This document shows positions 26,734 through 39,179 of a stretch of 64,000 nucleotides of DNA, piece after piece; the stretch's first letter is position 1; every line of letters starts with the position of its first letter. Source of the DNA: Trichoplax adhaerens (taxonomy: Eukaryota; Animalia; Placozoa); NCBI RefSeq assembly GCF_000150275.1, contig NW_002060953.1, positions 903,693 to 967,692 on the forward strand, given 5' to 3'. The notes under the pieces are model-generated. The model did no database searches, was not told where the DNA came from, and was given only the letters and a program-made list of their open reading frames with translations. The position numbers were made by a program, and so were the translations under genes.

Positions 26734-28599
26734 CTTTTCTTTGACTATTTTTAGAAAGAATCGATCAATGGAAAATGTTGAGTCGATTTGATAACTTCAA
26801 TTTAAAAAAACGACAAGTTAGTGCCAATTCGAATAAAGTCTTGTTGCAATAATCGATTACGGTACTTGTCAGCGAATTGATATTATGCTTATGTAATTAA
26901 TGGAATAGTAGGGCGATGCCGGGTACAAATTTATATGCATACGATTCGTATTCCAACACAGAAATACAAACAATTCGGTTATTTAAAAGGTTGAACAATA
27001 ATTCAAGATGCTCCTACAAACTCATATATAAATGTAACTAGAAATTTATCTTGAAAATGCAACCATCCATGTTGCAAAGACCGAGGCTGGACTGTCACTG
27101 AATAATGAAATCTAATTGTACAGTAGATGATAACTTTAGACACAGCGCTAGTGAAGAATCTTTTGCATCAATTTATGAAAAATTAATGTTAATGACATTT
27201 ATAATTGAATAAGATTCTTAAGATAGCATGTACAGTAAGATGGCTTTTGTCCACGTCTTTTGGAAACCTTCAATTTCTATTTTTAGTTCAAAAGTAAGGA
27301 ATAATGTGATAGAAATTCAAGCAAATGTCAAACTTACCAATTTAATTTTTTCATTACTGGCTAATGATAGTTTGATGTTATTTTGGGGCCGAAATGTAGG
27401 TATAATTCTATCAATTGCACTGTATGCTGCTTATTCTAACGATGAGCAAAGTCAGCAAATAGAACCAAATAGAATTGAAGATGGCATACGAGTAAACTTC
27501 TACCCACTAAAAATCCTATTACATTAGGCAAAAAATGTTCCCTACAACGTAGCCAGTTCAAAGGTAATCGATTTTCAACCTTCAATATGCGCGTACAAAT
27601 ATAATGGTAATGAAATGATATTCTGCCATGTGCATGTTGTTGGATATGTCCAAATTCATGATTCTTCAAGGTGCCATTTTCAGCCCAAGTGTCCTATGAG
27701 ATACTATTGAAACTATGCAGCAATGGCTGTGCCAGGCTTGTACGGGTTCAGAGCAAATGTCATTTCTTCGCTTGCCTTCAAGGCTTCGTTGTGGTTAAAG
27801 TTGGGCAATTGGTTATTTTGTTGACCGTAGTTTGTTATTTCAGGGCGCAGCAGGCACGACTGTTGACCGATGGCCCATAATCTACAGCATTAACTTTACT
27901 TCATCATCCAGTTCAAAAACTTTATATACTGTACTCTACTCGATACAAGTAGCAAGAACTACTAAATTTGAAGAGAGAGGACATATCATAATGTCCAACA
28001 AAATGGTCAATATGATACTGTTAAAGGCGTAGTCAATATTTGCCATTGAAATCATCCTTTATTAAAAGCATTTTATTGAGTAACAACACCGCACTCAATA
28101 GTGTTAGGTAGGGCATACCAAGTAACCAAATATAATCATCACTTCTTTGGATTGTGTAGCCATTTTTTGATCGTCATTGTAGACAACTTTATAGACGAGC
28201 AGATTTCCAATTGTAAAGTATTTGCTGACACAGCTCTAAACTAGCTATCCAATCAAGTCACCATCAGTCAGTCATATTGGTCATTAACGAATTTACAAGA
28301 GAACTGATTCTATGTTGCATAAGAATGCATTTCACAACTTTCATCAAGGTACATTTCTACATGCAGTGAGGAATCCTTTCAACTGGTAGATGGCCATAGC
28401 CATTTTCAACGATTTACTATTAGATGGTCATTAACATTGAATTCACTGCTGTTTATATACCAAAGACACAAAGTTTGCAATCTACTTTGAAAAACCAATG
28501 GATAAAATAGTCATAGAGTTATCGGTGATGGTGGCATGATTTAGTACGGCGATTTAGTCATCAGACTCCTTCCACATCGATGATGATTGCACCAACACG

Positions 28600-28850
28600 A
28601 CGACTGCAAAATATTCAAGTCGAGGCTGATATCAGAAGGGATTAACACTAGTTTTATAGCCAAGAAATGCGTGGAGGAGTTTGCAGTACGCTGCAGGACT
28701 CGCTTTCACTCACCATTACCTCTAAACATGCTGAAAATTACGGAATCGACTACAGAATTGGAACGGTCTCCATGCTGGCATATGCCATTCAATACCTTAC
28801 TGGATAAAACTTCTTAAACTGTTTCTACATCAACTTGAGGCCAATTGCGT
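28600..28850. repeat. Diverged dispersed repeat shared with ~42050-42285
   Basis: 'ctctaaacatgctg...gaattggaacggtctccatgctg...aaacttcttaaactgtttctacatcaacttga' matches 'ctctaaaaatgctg...gaatttggacagtctccacgctg...aagcttcctaaactgtttctacatgaagttga'. Confidence 0.6.
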
Positions 28851-30989
28851 TGGCTTGCCATTGCACGCGTAGACCATAGCGTGGACAACTGGGCATGCAA
28901 AAATGGAGACGAGGAGGCATTAATAAGTACACTGCCATTAAGGGATTCAATATATTATATACTGCGCTATAAGCGATTCAAACTAGGATTTAGGGCATTA
29001 TGCTAACTCTGCTGTCTGCTTACTCGATATTTTACAAGAGTCTAATTTGATCACAAAGATTAAGTTAGAATATGGACTACTACATGAATTTATCATCTAT
29101 AGATGACTGTGCAATGGTGAATTTGGACACACTACTATACTGTAGTAGCAAGATACACTAATTCTGCATTAAAAACTGCACTGAGTAATCATGCACATCC
29201 ATAGCTGCAAATTGCAATTCCTGTCTGTTAGGATTACGATTGATTTGTTGGCATTCCATGGGCTAAAACTTGATTCTATCCAGTTTTCCTTCTACTGTAG
29301 TGAGCTACAAATACTTTCTGCCAGTCTTGGCTAACCTTGTCTTGATCGAAACGATAGAATGCGGTGAAATTGGGCAGAAAACCTGACTGAATGATCAAAT
29401 ACACCAGTTGCAATAGATGCCAATACCATGTCCATACTGTAATTTTCCAAGCTATGGCTACACAAACGAAATGGCTACATTGTTGGTTATAAGGTTGGAT
29501 CAGTCTTTTAACCATAGAGGTATTTTTTCACTTGTATCGTTTTAACTGATTTTAACGTTGGCTCATGGACGAAATTGTTTCCAACGCCTTTTCTACTCAT
29601 GCAAGTTCTCAATCTATCGTAACTTGCAGTATATTGGCTGTGAAACTGGCGAAAAATAGCGACTTCTATGGCTGTTGATACTATGGCGGGACCTACTAAT
29701 GTAAGAACTGTGTAGAAAGTATGAGACTTGATCATTGCAGATCTACAAATACTCCTATTGCAAAGAAAGCGGTAAAGCTAAGCCAATTTACCTCACTTAC
29801 ATTACTATTACTTGCCTAGCGATTGTGCCTTCCACAGTCCTCGTATCTTAATAGAACTCATTTTTAGCATGGAAAAGAAAACATGGAATGCGTGACTGGG
29901 TGTTTTACTACGTTAGTCAACAGTGCCTTTATTCATCGATCGAATGGTTAGATTGCCTAACGATGCTTACTAACTACTCAAGAGAAATCCGATTCAACTT
30001 AATGAAGAGAGAGAAATCTTGACTAACCATGATTGGTCCAATGAAACTTGACGCTTTCTTCCTTCCTTCCTTCTTCAAGCCATGTGGTGAAATTCCATTG
30101 ACTTGCTGAATTGTAAGTAAATTACTTTATCGAATGAATATGAATCAGAAGCAAGACTAACTGAGTTGATATCTCGATCAATTTATCTTACAGATTCTTG
30201 GATTTAATTCGCTGAAAGATTCTTTTGAAAATACTAACTAACATCGTCGTAAATGTTAGCATAACAAGCCAGGAGGAAGATTATGGCGACATGTTAGTAA
30301 TGAAGCTTTAGGGGTAAACTACCACTCACTAAAGGAACTTCTGAAAGGCAAAGTATCCCTTTTCAATAGGTAAGTGTTTATTTAAATATCACATCAGTAG
30401 CTAGCAGTGTGGAGAGAGTAGACATTTCTGTTAATACGGTACTATCATCATCATTGACACAGTAGAAAATTCCCTCATGGAATGATTGACACAGGTCCAT
30501 TCGTTTAAAGTAAGTAAGACAAGTTTGAACTTGATAGTCAATCTACTGTCTTGGCATCATCTTGCAGTGTAATGCAAGATGATTTTCGACATCATTCACA
30601 GTACAGTACATCTGTCTACAGTTAACTAAGACCTCATTAAGCCATTAATCAATTATAATTCGTCTCCATATTGACCAATAGCAACATAATCAATGACAAG
30701 CAATGATTGCTTTCATGGATGATGCCTATGCGATTTCACTTTTAAGTTAATTGCGTTGGTAACTTTGTTTCACGGTTCAACTGGAAAATGAATTTACCTA
30801 CGTTCAAGTATGTTATAAGCCAGCTGATGAATGGCCAAGATTTGCGCCAAGCATAATTTACAGGCTTAATTGGGTTAAATATACAGTATACACATCATAA
30901 GGTAAATGCAAGTTAACAAATGGATGTACAATTTTAAATTGATCAACTATGCAATTGACAAGTGTACATATAAAACGTTTGCCATGCAA

Positions 30990-32450
30990 TGTCTAATGGT
31001 TGAAATATTACCTACGAGCTCATGCGATCCTTCAGCCGATGAACGATGATAATATAATAAATTATCGACATAGACGAATAGCTTTAACTGATGAAAAGAA
31101 CTTTGGTAGCAATGTTGTAAGCGACTCTAAGTTACTGTTGATTGAAATGTCATTGGCGGCTTCGTGCTTGGAATGTAGATACACGATTTTTATGTTTCAA
31201 TAGTCATATATTTTAACTGTCATCAATCACAGACATTGCTTTGAGTTATAATAACATACAGGTTTCGTTATTCTACTGTAGTAAACTGGAATAATGTGGC
31301 AAGATGGCTGTAAACTATTTTAAAAGTTTAATTTACTACAATACAATTAACAATTAGAACATGTTTGCTGTGCAATGACTCATTTGTGGAAAATAAAACT
31401 GACAGGATATACAATCCTTTAGCTGATGAATCACATTGGCAGAACAGTACGAAGACATATGGATATTTTTTACGCATTAAAAGAGACTTCTCCACAAACT
31501 AGTAAGCCTTTAAGTGACTATTTTGTGCATGATTACTGGCTGCCTGATACTCGTATTCCAATTTTATGTTTTATTAGTTATGGATTTCAAGTGTTTTATC
31601 TCATAGACATTGCATTGTACGTGTTATAATACTATACAGATTTCGTTTATCCTACTGTGCTAACTGCGAATAATGTTGCCAAAAAAGGTAAAAGTTTAAT
31701 TTATGAACAATACAATTTGCAAGTAGAACAACCTTGGCTGTGCAATGGCCAACATAAAAAAATAAGGAAAACTGACAAGATCCACGTACAAACCTTTAGC
31801 GGATAAATCAAGCATGCCTGACACAGATGGATAGTTTTAACTACTGCAATCGAATGAGACTTCTTCAACAAACTTGTAAGCCAATAAGTTATTGTTGTTT
31901 GTAAGATCGTTAGCTGCCTTATGCTCGAAATGCTGACGTATGATTCTATGTAGATAGTTTTTATGTATGAGTAGTCCATTTGTTATAATTGATCGATATT
32001 GCATAGACGTATTATAATGAGAGACAGGTTTCGTTATCCTACTATGCCAAAGTAGAATAAAGTTACAAATAATTAAAGTTTAATTTATTCTGATCCTTTC
32101 GCTGATGAATCGTATTTGCAAAATAGGACTAACACGAATGGATAGTGTTAACGACCCAAAAGAGATTCCTACAACAAACTTGTAAGCTACTAGCAGAGAA
32201 TTTCTGGTAAAAATCCCTGCTACTAAGTTTTTACTTTTTGTGAGGTCGTTGGCTGCTCGTACTTGGAATATCAATTTATGATATTTAATTTTAAAAGTTG
32301 TGTATTTTACTTGCAATAAGTAGTGGATATTATGAATACTGTATATAATAGCATACTGGTTTCAATATATTACTACTATACTAAATTCGAATAATGTGAG
32401 ATGGCTGGAAAATACTTAAAAATTCAAATTTAATTATTCATTTATTATTA
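30990..32450. repeat. Degenerate tandem array, about 4 units of 330-390 bp
   Basis: 'ggtttcgttat.ctact...gaataatgt'-like motifs recur at ~31261, 31641, 32028 and 32357. 'atcctttagctgatgaatc'-like motifs recur at ~31026, 31412, 31791 and 32092. 'gagacttc..caacaaact.gtaagc'-like motifs recur at ~31482, 31855 and 32162. Confidence 0.75.
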
Positions 32451-33503
32451 TTCGTAAACGCTTGCAAACCTGTGCTTTGTAATAACTAATGCGGGAAAAT
32501 ACGACTTATCGATGTGCTATTATGAATTTACGACACTGCTCAATCATTTTACTACTAAGCTTACATTGCTGTTAGGCTTGATTAACTACATTATGATGTT
32601 TATAAACACTAATAAATACTTGTATAATATGTTATTACACTACTTGCGAGTTACTGCACTATATGTAATCTTTACTGAAGTCTATCATCATCCGACTGAT
32701 CCTCGTATATCGTAGCCATTATGAATACAAGCACAGAAAATATGTTATTGCCGATTTCTTTATGCAACGTAGGAATTTCCGACATTCTGCATGGGTGTAA
32801 GATAGATCTGATTTGCAACAGATTAATACATATTTCATTATAAAAGTAATATTAGTAAGGCAAGACAACGTAGCTGCAGCAAAACTATGAAACAGAAATT
32901 GTGGATCACTTTATAAGTTAATAAACCTAGAAAGTGAGATTATATAATAGCATGTATACATTTTTAATACTATAGGACAATGTATAACGCTGTGTAAACT
33001 GGCGACAATTTATGAAATCAAGAATTTTAGTTCAAATCAGTATTAACTAGAAATGACAGTCTAATATCCACTTGCAAAATTATCATAGGTCGATAGGCAA
33101 CAAAGCCTTTATTCCTTTTTTAGAGCTATTAGTTAAGTTAAGCAATGCAAATTCGGACTATAAATTACCTGAGATCAATTAGACGTATTATTCAAATGCG
33201 ACTTAAAACAACTGCTGTTCTAGTTACTTCGAAACTACATTCCACAATAGCTATAAAGTTTAAAATATCGATGCTACTTCATTACCAAAAGTAATCTTAT
33301 TCGTTAATATTAGAGTCATGCAAAATTTATTTTACTGTATATTAAAATATTAGACGATTTATTTATCATGAGCTAAGATGTACAATGTTGTACGTGAACT
33401 ATAACGAGCGAGGGATCTACTAGTATCTTAGTATAACATGTCTCCACAAAAAAATTGAAGAAGAAATGTCCATTACTAATTCTGCTTGAATCACTTATAG
33501 CCA

Positions 33504-36500
33504 TCATATGCTTCTCTTCCGTTCGGCTATTTTTTCTTCAAGTTGGTTCGCTATGGAAGTCTTTTCCATCTTACGTAAAGCTGCAACCACGACAAAAATA
33601 TCAGCATTTTGCCCGGCCTTATTTTCCCACGATTTTAGAACTTTGTACACTTTATCGTAGCGGCTATGTTCTCTTAATTTAATTTCGTCAATTTCTGTCG
33701 CTGACAAACGCAACAAGTTCCCCAAACGTAATAAATCGCCTATATCGAGTTTCTCTGCTATTATATCGAAGAACTCTGTATCCATTTCTATATTAAAAAT
33801 AAAATGGAGAACATGAACTATTGTTCAAGTCGCCAAGGTTGTATCTGATCTGAAGCATGATTAGCAAGAATAGCAAATCTNNNNNNNNNNNNNNNNNNNN
33901 NNNNNNNNNNNNNNNNNNNNNNNNNNNNNNNNNNNNNNNNNNNNNNNNNNNNNNNNNNNNNNNNNNNNNNNNNNNNNNNNNNNNNNNNNNNNNNNNNNNN
34001 NNNNNNNNNNNNNNNNNNNNNNNNNNNNNNNNNNNNNNNNNNNNNNNNNNNTTTCTTTTGCTTCCACAACTCTAGTACTCGATATTTTTTTTCGTAATCA
34101 CTATCAATTTTAGTGCTTGATACAATTTCATTTATCTCATTATATGTTAAATGTAATGAAATTCCCAATTGAAATAATTTACTTATAGGAAGTTTCGTAG
34201 CGATCATGTCGAAGTACGTCCTAAAAAGTTCTTCTATATTAAAACACAGTTGATAGTATTAGTAAATTAGATCCATTTGATTCTCCCAGCTTATAATTAG
34301 GTCTAAATAGTATCATTGATAGTCATTATCTTCAACAATTTCACCTCATCACAACCGTGCATCAAACTGGTATGCTAGTTTATAAAGCAAACTGTTACTA
34401 ATACTACCTGTTAACAAACGCTAATGTCAGTATGAAAATAAATTTACATACAATGAGCCATTATAATAAATCATTGGAAGTGTACATTAAAAGCTATTGC
34501 ATACTGTATCATAAAATATTTATTTCTTGATAATGACAAAGTTTTACATTTCTCATACTATTATAATAATTATAAAATTGTTGAGAGATGAAATAAAGAC
34601 TGTGAATTTTTTTTAAAATATCAAGTAAGTATACGCGTGTTACCTTGTCTACTCGAGGTTATTGGTATTTGATGTTTCTGTTGGACTTGTTGCGGTTGAT
34701 CTAGATAATATAGTTTCGTTACATTAGATCTTTTAAAACCGAAGATTGTAATTTTCCGTAACCAATTAACGGACGATCAAAATTTTGATTAGATAAATAC
34801 AATCACTTCTTATTCATACAATAAATTATTATAGTTCAATAAATGGTGAGGTTTATTCAGTAAACGTAGAGTAAGTTATAAGCCTTGTCCTACAAAAAAG
34901 CCCTTTACTACATGATCTATCAATCAAAATTACTAAAATATCTGACATATACAGTTCTGGGTGATTTTAAAGCGCTCAAACTAGATAAGCTTTACTAAAA
35001 TTGTAACGCTGTATGTGGTCGGAGTTATCCTAATATTAAAAATCTATTTAAGACCTAATATTAAAAATCTATTTAAGACCACAACAATGATGAATAAAGC
35101 GCTTTTAGTGGTTTAGTGGTTTCTCCAAGTTCTTCGTGTGTTACACTGACTACTATAGTTGGTTAGGGATCGCTAAAGAAAGCGTCGTTCCTTTTTTAGT
35201 AGATTGCCTAGTGCCTTTACTCTAGATTGGTTCTAGTCTTTATTACTGGCGTAACGATATAGCAGTACTAGTGATAAGAGAGAAAATATCTCTTCTCACT
35301 GTGGTATTATACTTAGTGAAATTTNNNNNNNNNNNNNNNNNNNNNNNNNNNNNNNNNNNNNNNNNNNNNNNNNNTTACATTGAATCCAATTTTGATCTCC
35401 TTCCTTGTATTCTTCGGTTATACTTGGGGGTGTATTACATTCACTACATTTGACGAAATATCGACAAGCAGCCCCTTTAAACTTGACCATCCTTTCATTG
35501 ACAGTGGAGATGAGTTTGTTCTTGACAATTTCGTGTGGCCGTTTGACAAATATAGAATTTGTAACCTTATCGATAATCGATTGACTCCTCTTGGGCTCAT
35601 TTATTTTCTGATAGCAATATTGTAAACCGATATGAGATTCCTCTTTCTTAACTACAAGGTAATGATTGTCATTTGCTAAATAATATTTGGCACATTGATA
35701 GTATAATTCTACGTCCGTATTATTCCATTCCTTTAAACAAGAAGATAACAAGCAATAATAAATTCCATCTGGAAGATATGCAATATCTGTACGCTCGTAT
35801 CCGATGTAGAGCCAATCTGATTGATGATATTTTGGTAAATCAAATGGCTTAACATCATCTCGTAACAAATATGGAACAAAGTATTGACATTCTTCGCCGT
35901 TGTCGTTCTTCTCATTTGTAATTGAACATAGAATGTCATAAGCATGCATGAGTGCCAATATAGTTTGCTTACTATTGTCATCTAAATTAAATTTATAAAT
36001 AGCATGATCAATGTAGGATCTTGATAATTTTCCAGTTTTGCTGGCTATCTCATAGTCGCGTTGTATCTGTGCACCTCCTTGTACAAAATCTTGTAATTGA
36101 ATANNNNNNNNNNNNNNNNNNNNNNNNNNNNNNNNNNNNNNNNNNNNNNNNNNTTGCACTTGAGAATATCTAATTTGATTGATAATAGAAGATGCGGGTT
36201 GATTGTTACTGTTAGTAGGGAGCGATTTATTTAATATTCTAGCCATGATATACCATCGAATAGGTATAGGATTCGTAATAAATGGCAGCGATTGTACAAA
36301 TGCCTTAATGATACCATGTAAACGAAGACAACATTGTCGACGCTGCTGCAGTGTCGACGGAGTACTATCAAGAGGATTGCAATCAAAAATAATACCAGAA
36401 GAATAGATATGACTGGCATAAGAAGGCATGTGAGACGTCAATGTAGACACAAATTGATTAAATCGAGTACGTCCATCTTCTTCATTGGTAATACAATCGC

Positions 36501-39179
36501 CATGAGAAGCTACTAAAATAATAATAGGTAATGAATGCTGTGAAGGTGGTAAATCCTGTCCGTCTTCACTTTTAATGCTCACATCGACGGTACTTTGGCT
36601 TGTATGGCCAGCTATGATTGATGTAAGCCATTCTTGCATAGCTTGTAAATACGTCGTTTTGAGTGATTGGTTGTTCCTTGTTGTTACCTTGTCGTTAATG
36701 TCTTGCTTAATATTAAATACTAAAATATAAATACTATTGACGGAGATAAAGGGATAATGAGTAAGATGATAGACGGCATGACCTGCGAAATCCCATATTT
36801 TAACATACTGATTTTTATCGTCTTTTTCTGTATTTTGATTTTCCATGGACGAACAGTAATATTGATCTAAGTCTCGTTTAGACTGTGGTTCTATTGCAAT
36901 CTCTGTCCTTGCTATCGCTGCATCTTGCGTAACGATATTCGTTGCAGAAGAATCGACACTGTGTTGTTGCCCATTTGACACAGATGGATTATTGGTTATA
37001 ATGGGTTGATCTATTGGATCCATGTCGGTTACTTGCTGAATGATGTTATCTCGACTATCGATACTTGTTAGGGCTATGTCTTGTATGACTGTCGTGACTG
37101 TATCGTCTAGTATTTCAGTCCAATCACAACCCTCTAAGTTCATAATATTATAATATTCAGTCTCTACCATAATATCCGAATTCTCAGCCACTTGTGTTGG
37201 AGATGGACTGTTGAGTGGTTGCTTGGTAAATATTTTTCGAACAGAAGTTTTGCCCACATTGCGAGGGCCAATAAACATGCCTCGTATTAAACGATTAAAG
37301 CAATGGCCATGTTTTAATGCTTTGCTATATGCATTGTAATATTTCTTTTCTTGCAAAGCTGTAGAACAACAAAATACAGAATAGGGTTACGGTTATCCAT
37401 CGCTCTCTTGTCTACTACCGTATTAAAACTCCACTTACCTTTCTCTTGTACGTCTTGATTGTTGTGACTGCCGTCGATAGTATTTGCTGGCGCTGTAACG
37501 TTGTTGGTTTGATTCGGTTGAAATAGTTCAACGATACTTTTGATCCAATTTCTCGCTATTGATGTCGGCGATTTCTGCTGCCGGAGAGCGATTTCGATAT
37601 TCTTTTTGGTCATTGTAACTAGGCCATCATTTCCGCTTAAGGTTGCGATATACAGTGACTTGTTAAAGTTATCCAGAGCCTGATCGATCTTGCCTTGGTC
37701 ATGATAGACACATCCTATGTTGTGATATGAGTGCGCAACATGGGGATGATTGTGACCAAGGACTGACAATCCAATTTGCAGTGACTTGTTATGCATCTCC
37801 ATAGCCTGATCGTACTTGCGTTGGTCATGATAGACACATCCTATGCTGTGATATGACCACGCAACATGGGGATGATTGTGACCAAGGACTGCCAATCCAA
37901 TTTGCAGTGACTTGTGCAACATATCCACAGCCTGATCGTACTTGCCTTGGTGATAATAGACACATCCTATGCTGTTATATGACTGCGCAACATGGGGATG
38001 ATTGTGACCAAGGACTGCCAATCGAATTTGCAGTGACTTGTTATGCATCTCCATAGCCTGATCGTACTTGCGTTGGTCATGATAGACACATCCTATGTTG
38101 TAATATGAGTTGGCAACATGGGGATGATTGTGACCAAGGACTGCCAATCGAATTTGCAGTGACTTGTTATGCATCTCCATAGCCTGATCGTACTTGCGTT
38201 GGTCATGATAGACACATCCTATGTTGTAATATGAGTTGGCAACATGGGGATGATTGTGACCAAGGACTGCCAATCCAATTTGCAGTGACTTGTTATGCAT
38301 ATCCACAGCCTGATCGTACTTGCCTTGGTGACGATAGATAACTCCTATGTTGTTATATGAATTGGCAACATGGGGATGATTGTGACCAAGAACTGCCAAT
38401 CGAATTTGCAGCGACTTGTCATACATATCCACAGCCTGATCGATCTTGCCTTGGCGATGATAGACAACTCCTATGTTATTGTATGACCACGCAACATCAG
38501 GATGATTGTGACCAAGGACTGCCAATCGAATTTGCAGTGACTTGTTATGCATCTCCACAGCCTGATCGATCTTGCCTTGGCGATGATAGACAACTCCTAT
38601 GTTATTGTATGACCACGCAACATGGGGATGATTGTGACCAAGGACTGCCAATCGAATTTGCAGTGACTTGTTATGCATATCCATAGCCTGATCGTACTTG
38701 CACAAGTCCCCGTAGAGGCGCCCAATTTGATGATAACTATCGGCAAGACGAGCATCCTTTTCGTTTAACCATTTTAATTTCATTTCCAACGATTTCTTAC
38801 CGTCTTGCAGTGCTCCGTTGAAATCTTCTTGGCATCTCTTAATCTCGCTTTCTCTTTGTAAACATTGAGCCATGCTCACTTCATCTTGCAGTTTAGTAGC
38901 CACAGTTTGTCCCTTTTCACTCCATTCAACAGCTTCCTTGAATTGATATTGTAAAGTGTAAATGTCACAAAGACCAAGATAAATATCGCATGCAAGTCGA
39001 TCAATATCCGCACTAGGATTCGACAACGAAGCAATCGCATCGACAGCTTGTGTATAACAAGATAGTCCGTCCACCAACTGGAAGGCAGCCTTGCACGAGT
39101 TGCCCTTTTCGTACAGTGATTGTATACGGGTATGGTGAGGAAGCACACTCGTGGAAGAGACAGATTCATCATCAGCCAT
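33504..39179 (-). CDS. TPR-Roc-COR-zinc ribbon protein with two death domains (ROCO family), copy B
   Basis: Exon 39179-37439 encodes the TPRs. A phase-1 intron leads to an exon from 37358 with G1 GPRNVGKT, switch-I SPT, G3 WDFAGH, G4 ASHGD, COR with YFVPYLL, and KCSEC..IQC. Then a 57-nt exon 34700-34644, death-domain exon 1 from 34233 (EELFRTYFDMIATKL..., runs into a gap) and death-domain exon 2 at 33787-33504. Three gaps interrupt the model. Confidence 0.85.
37625..38755 (-). repeat. Coding tandem array of nine 126-bp (42-aa, kinesin-light-chain-type) TPR units
   Basis: Consensus HPHVAxSYxxIGxVYxxQxKYDQAxxMHNKSLQIRLAVLGHN. Units 38011-38136 and 38137-38262 are identical at DNA level. Confidence 0.97.

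Noticed and set aside
27436-27669. HEFGHIQ, resembling a HExxH metalloprotease (ACE-like) motif
   Set aside because: Short ORF with no supporting flanking similarity or exon structure; likely chance.
35030-35080. 25-bp perfect tandem duplication (and a 28-bp one at ~48881-48933)
   Set aside because: Ordinary slippage duplications in non-coding DNA.
37314-37438. Apparent overlap or programmed frameshift between the TPR and Roc ORFs (also 53810-53946, 47007-47110)
   Set aside because: A conserved short phase-1 GT-AG intron joins the two ORFs in frame in all three copies.
37853-38686. Repetitive + strand ORFs (MTTQHGDDCDQGLP...)
   Set aside because: These are antisense shadows of the TPR array.
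37625-38755. Regular repeat with variable inserts, superficially CRISPR-like
   Set aside because: The period is exactly 126 bp and in frame within a TPR ORF. The variable parts are single codons rather than spacers, and the context is eukaryotic with no cas genes.
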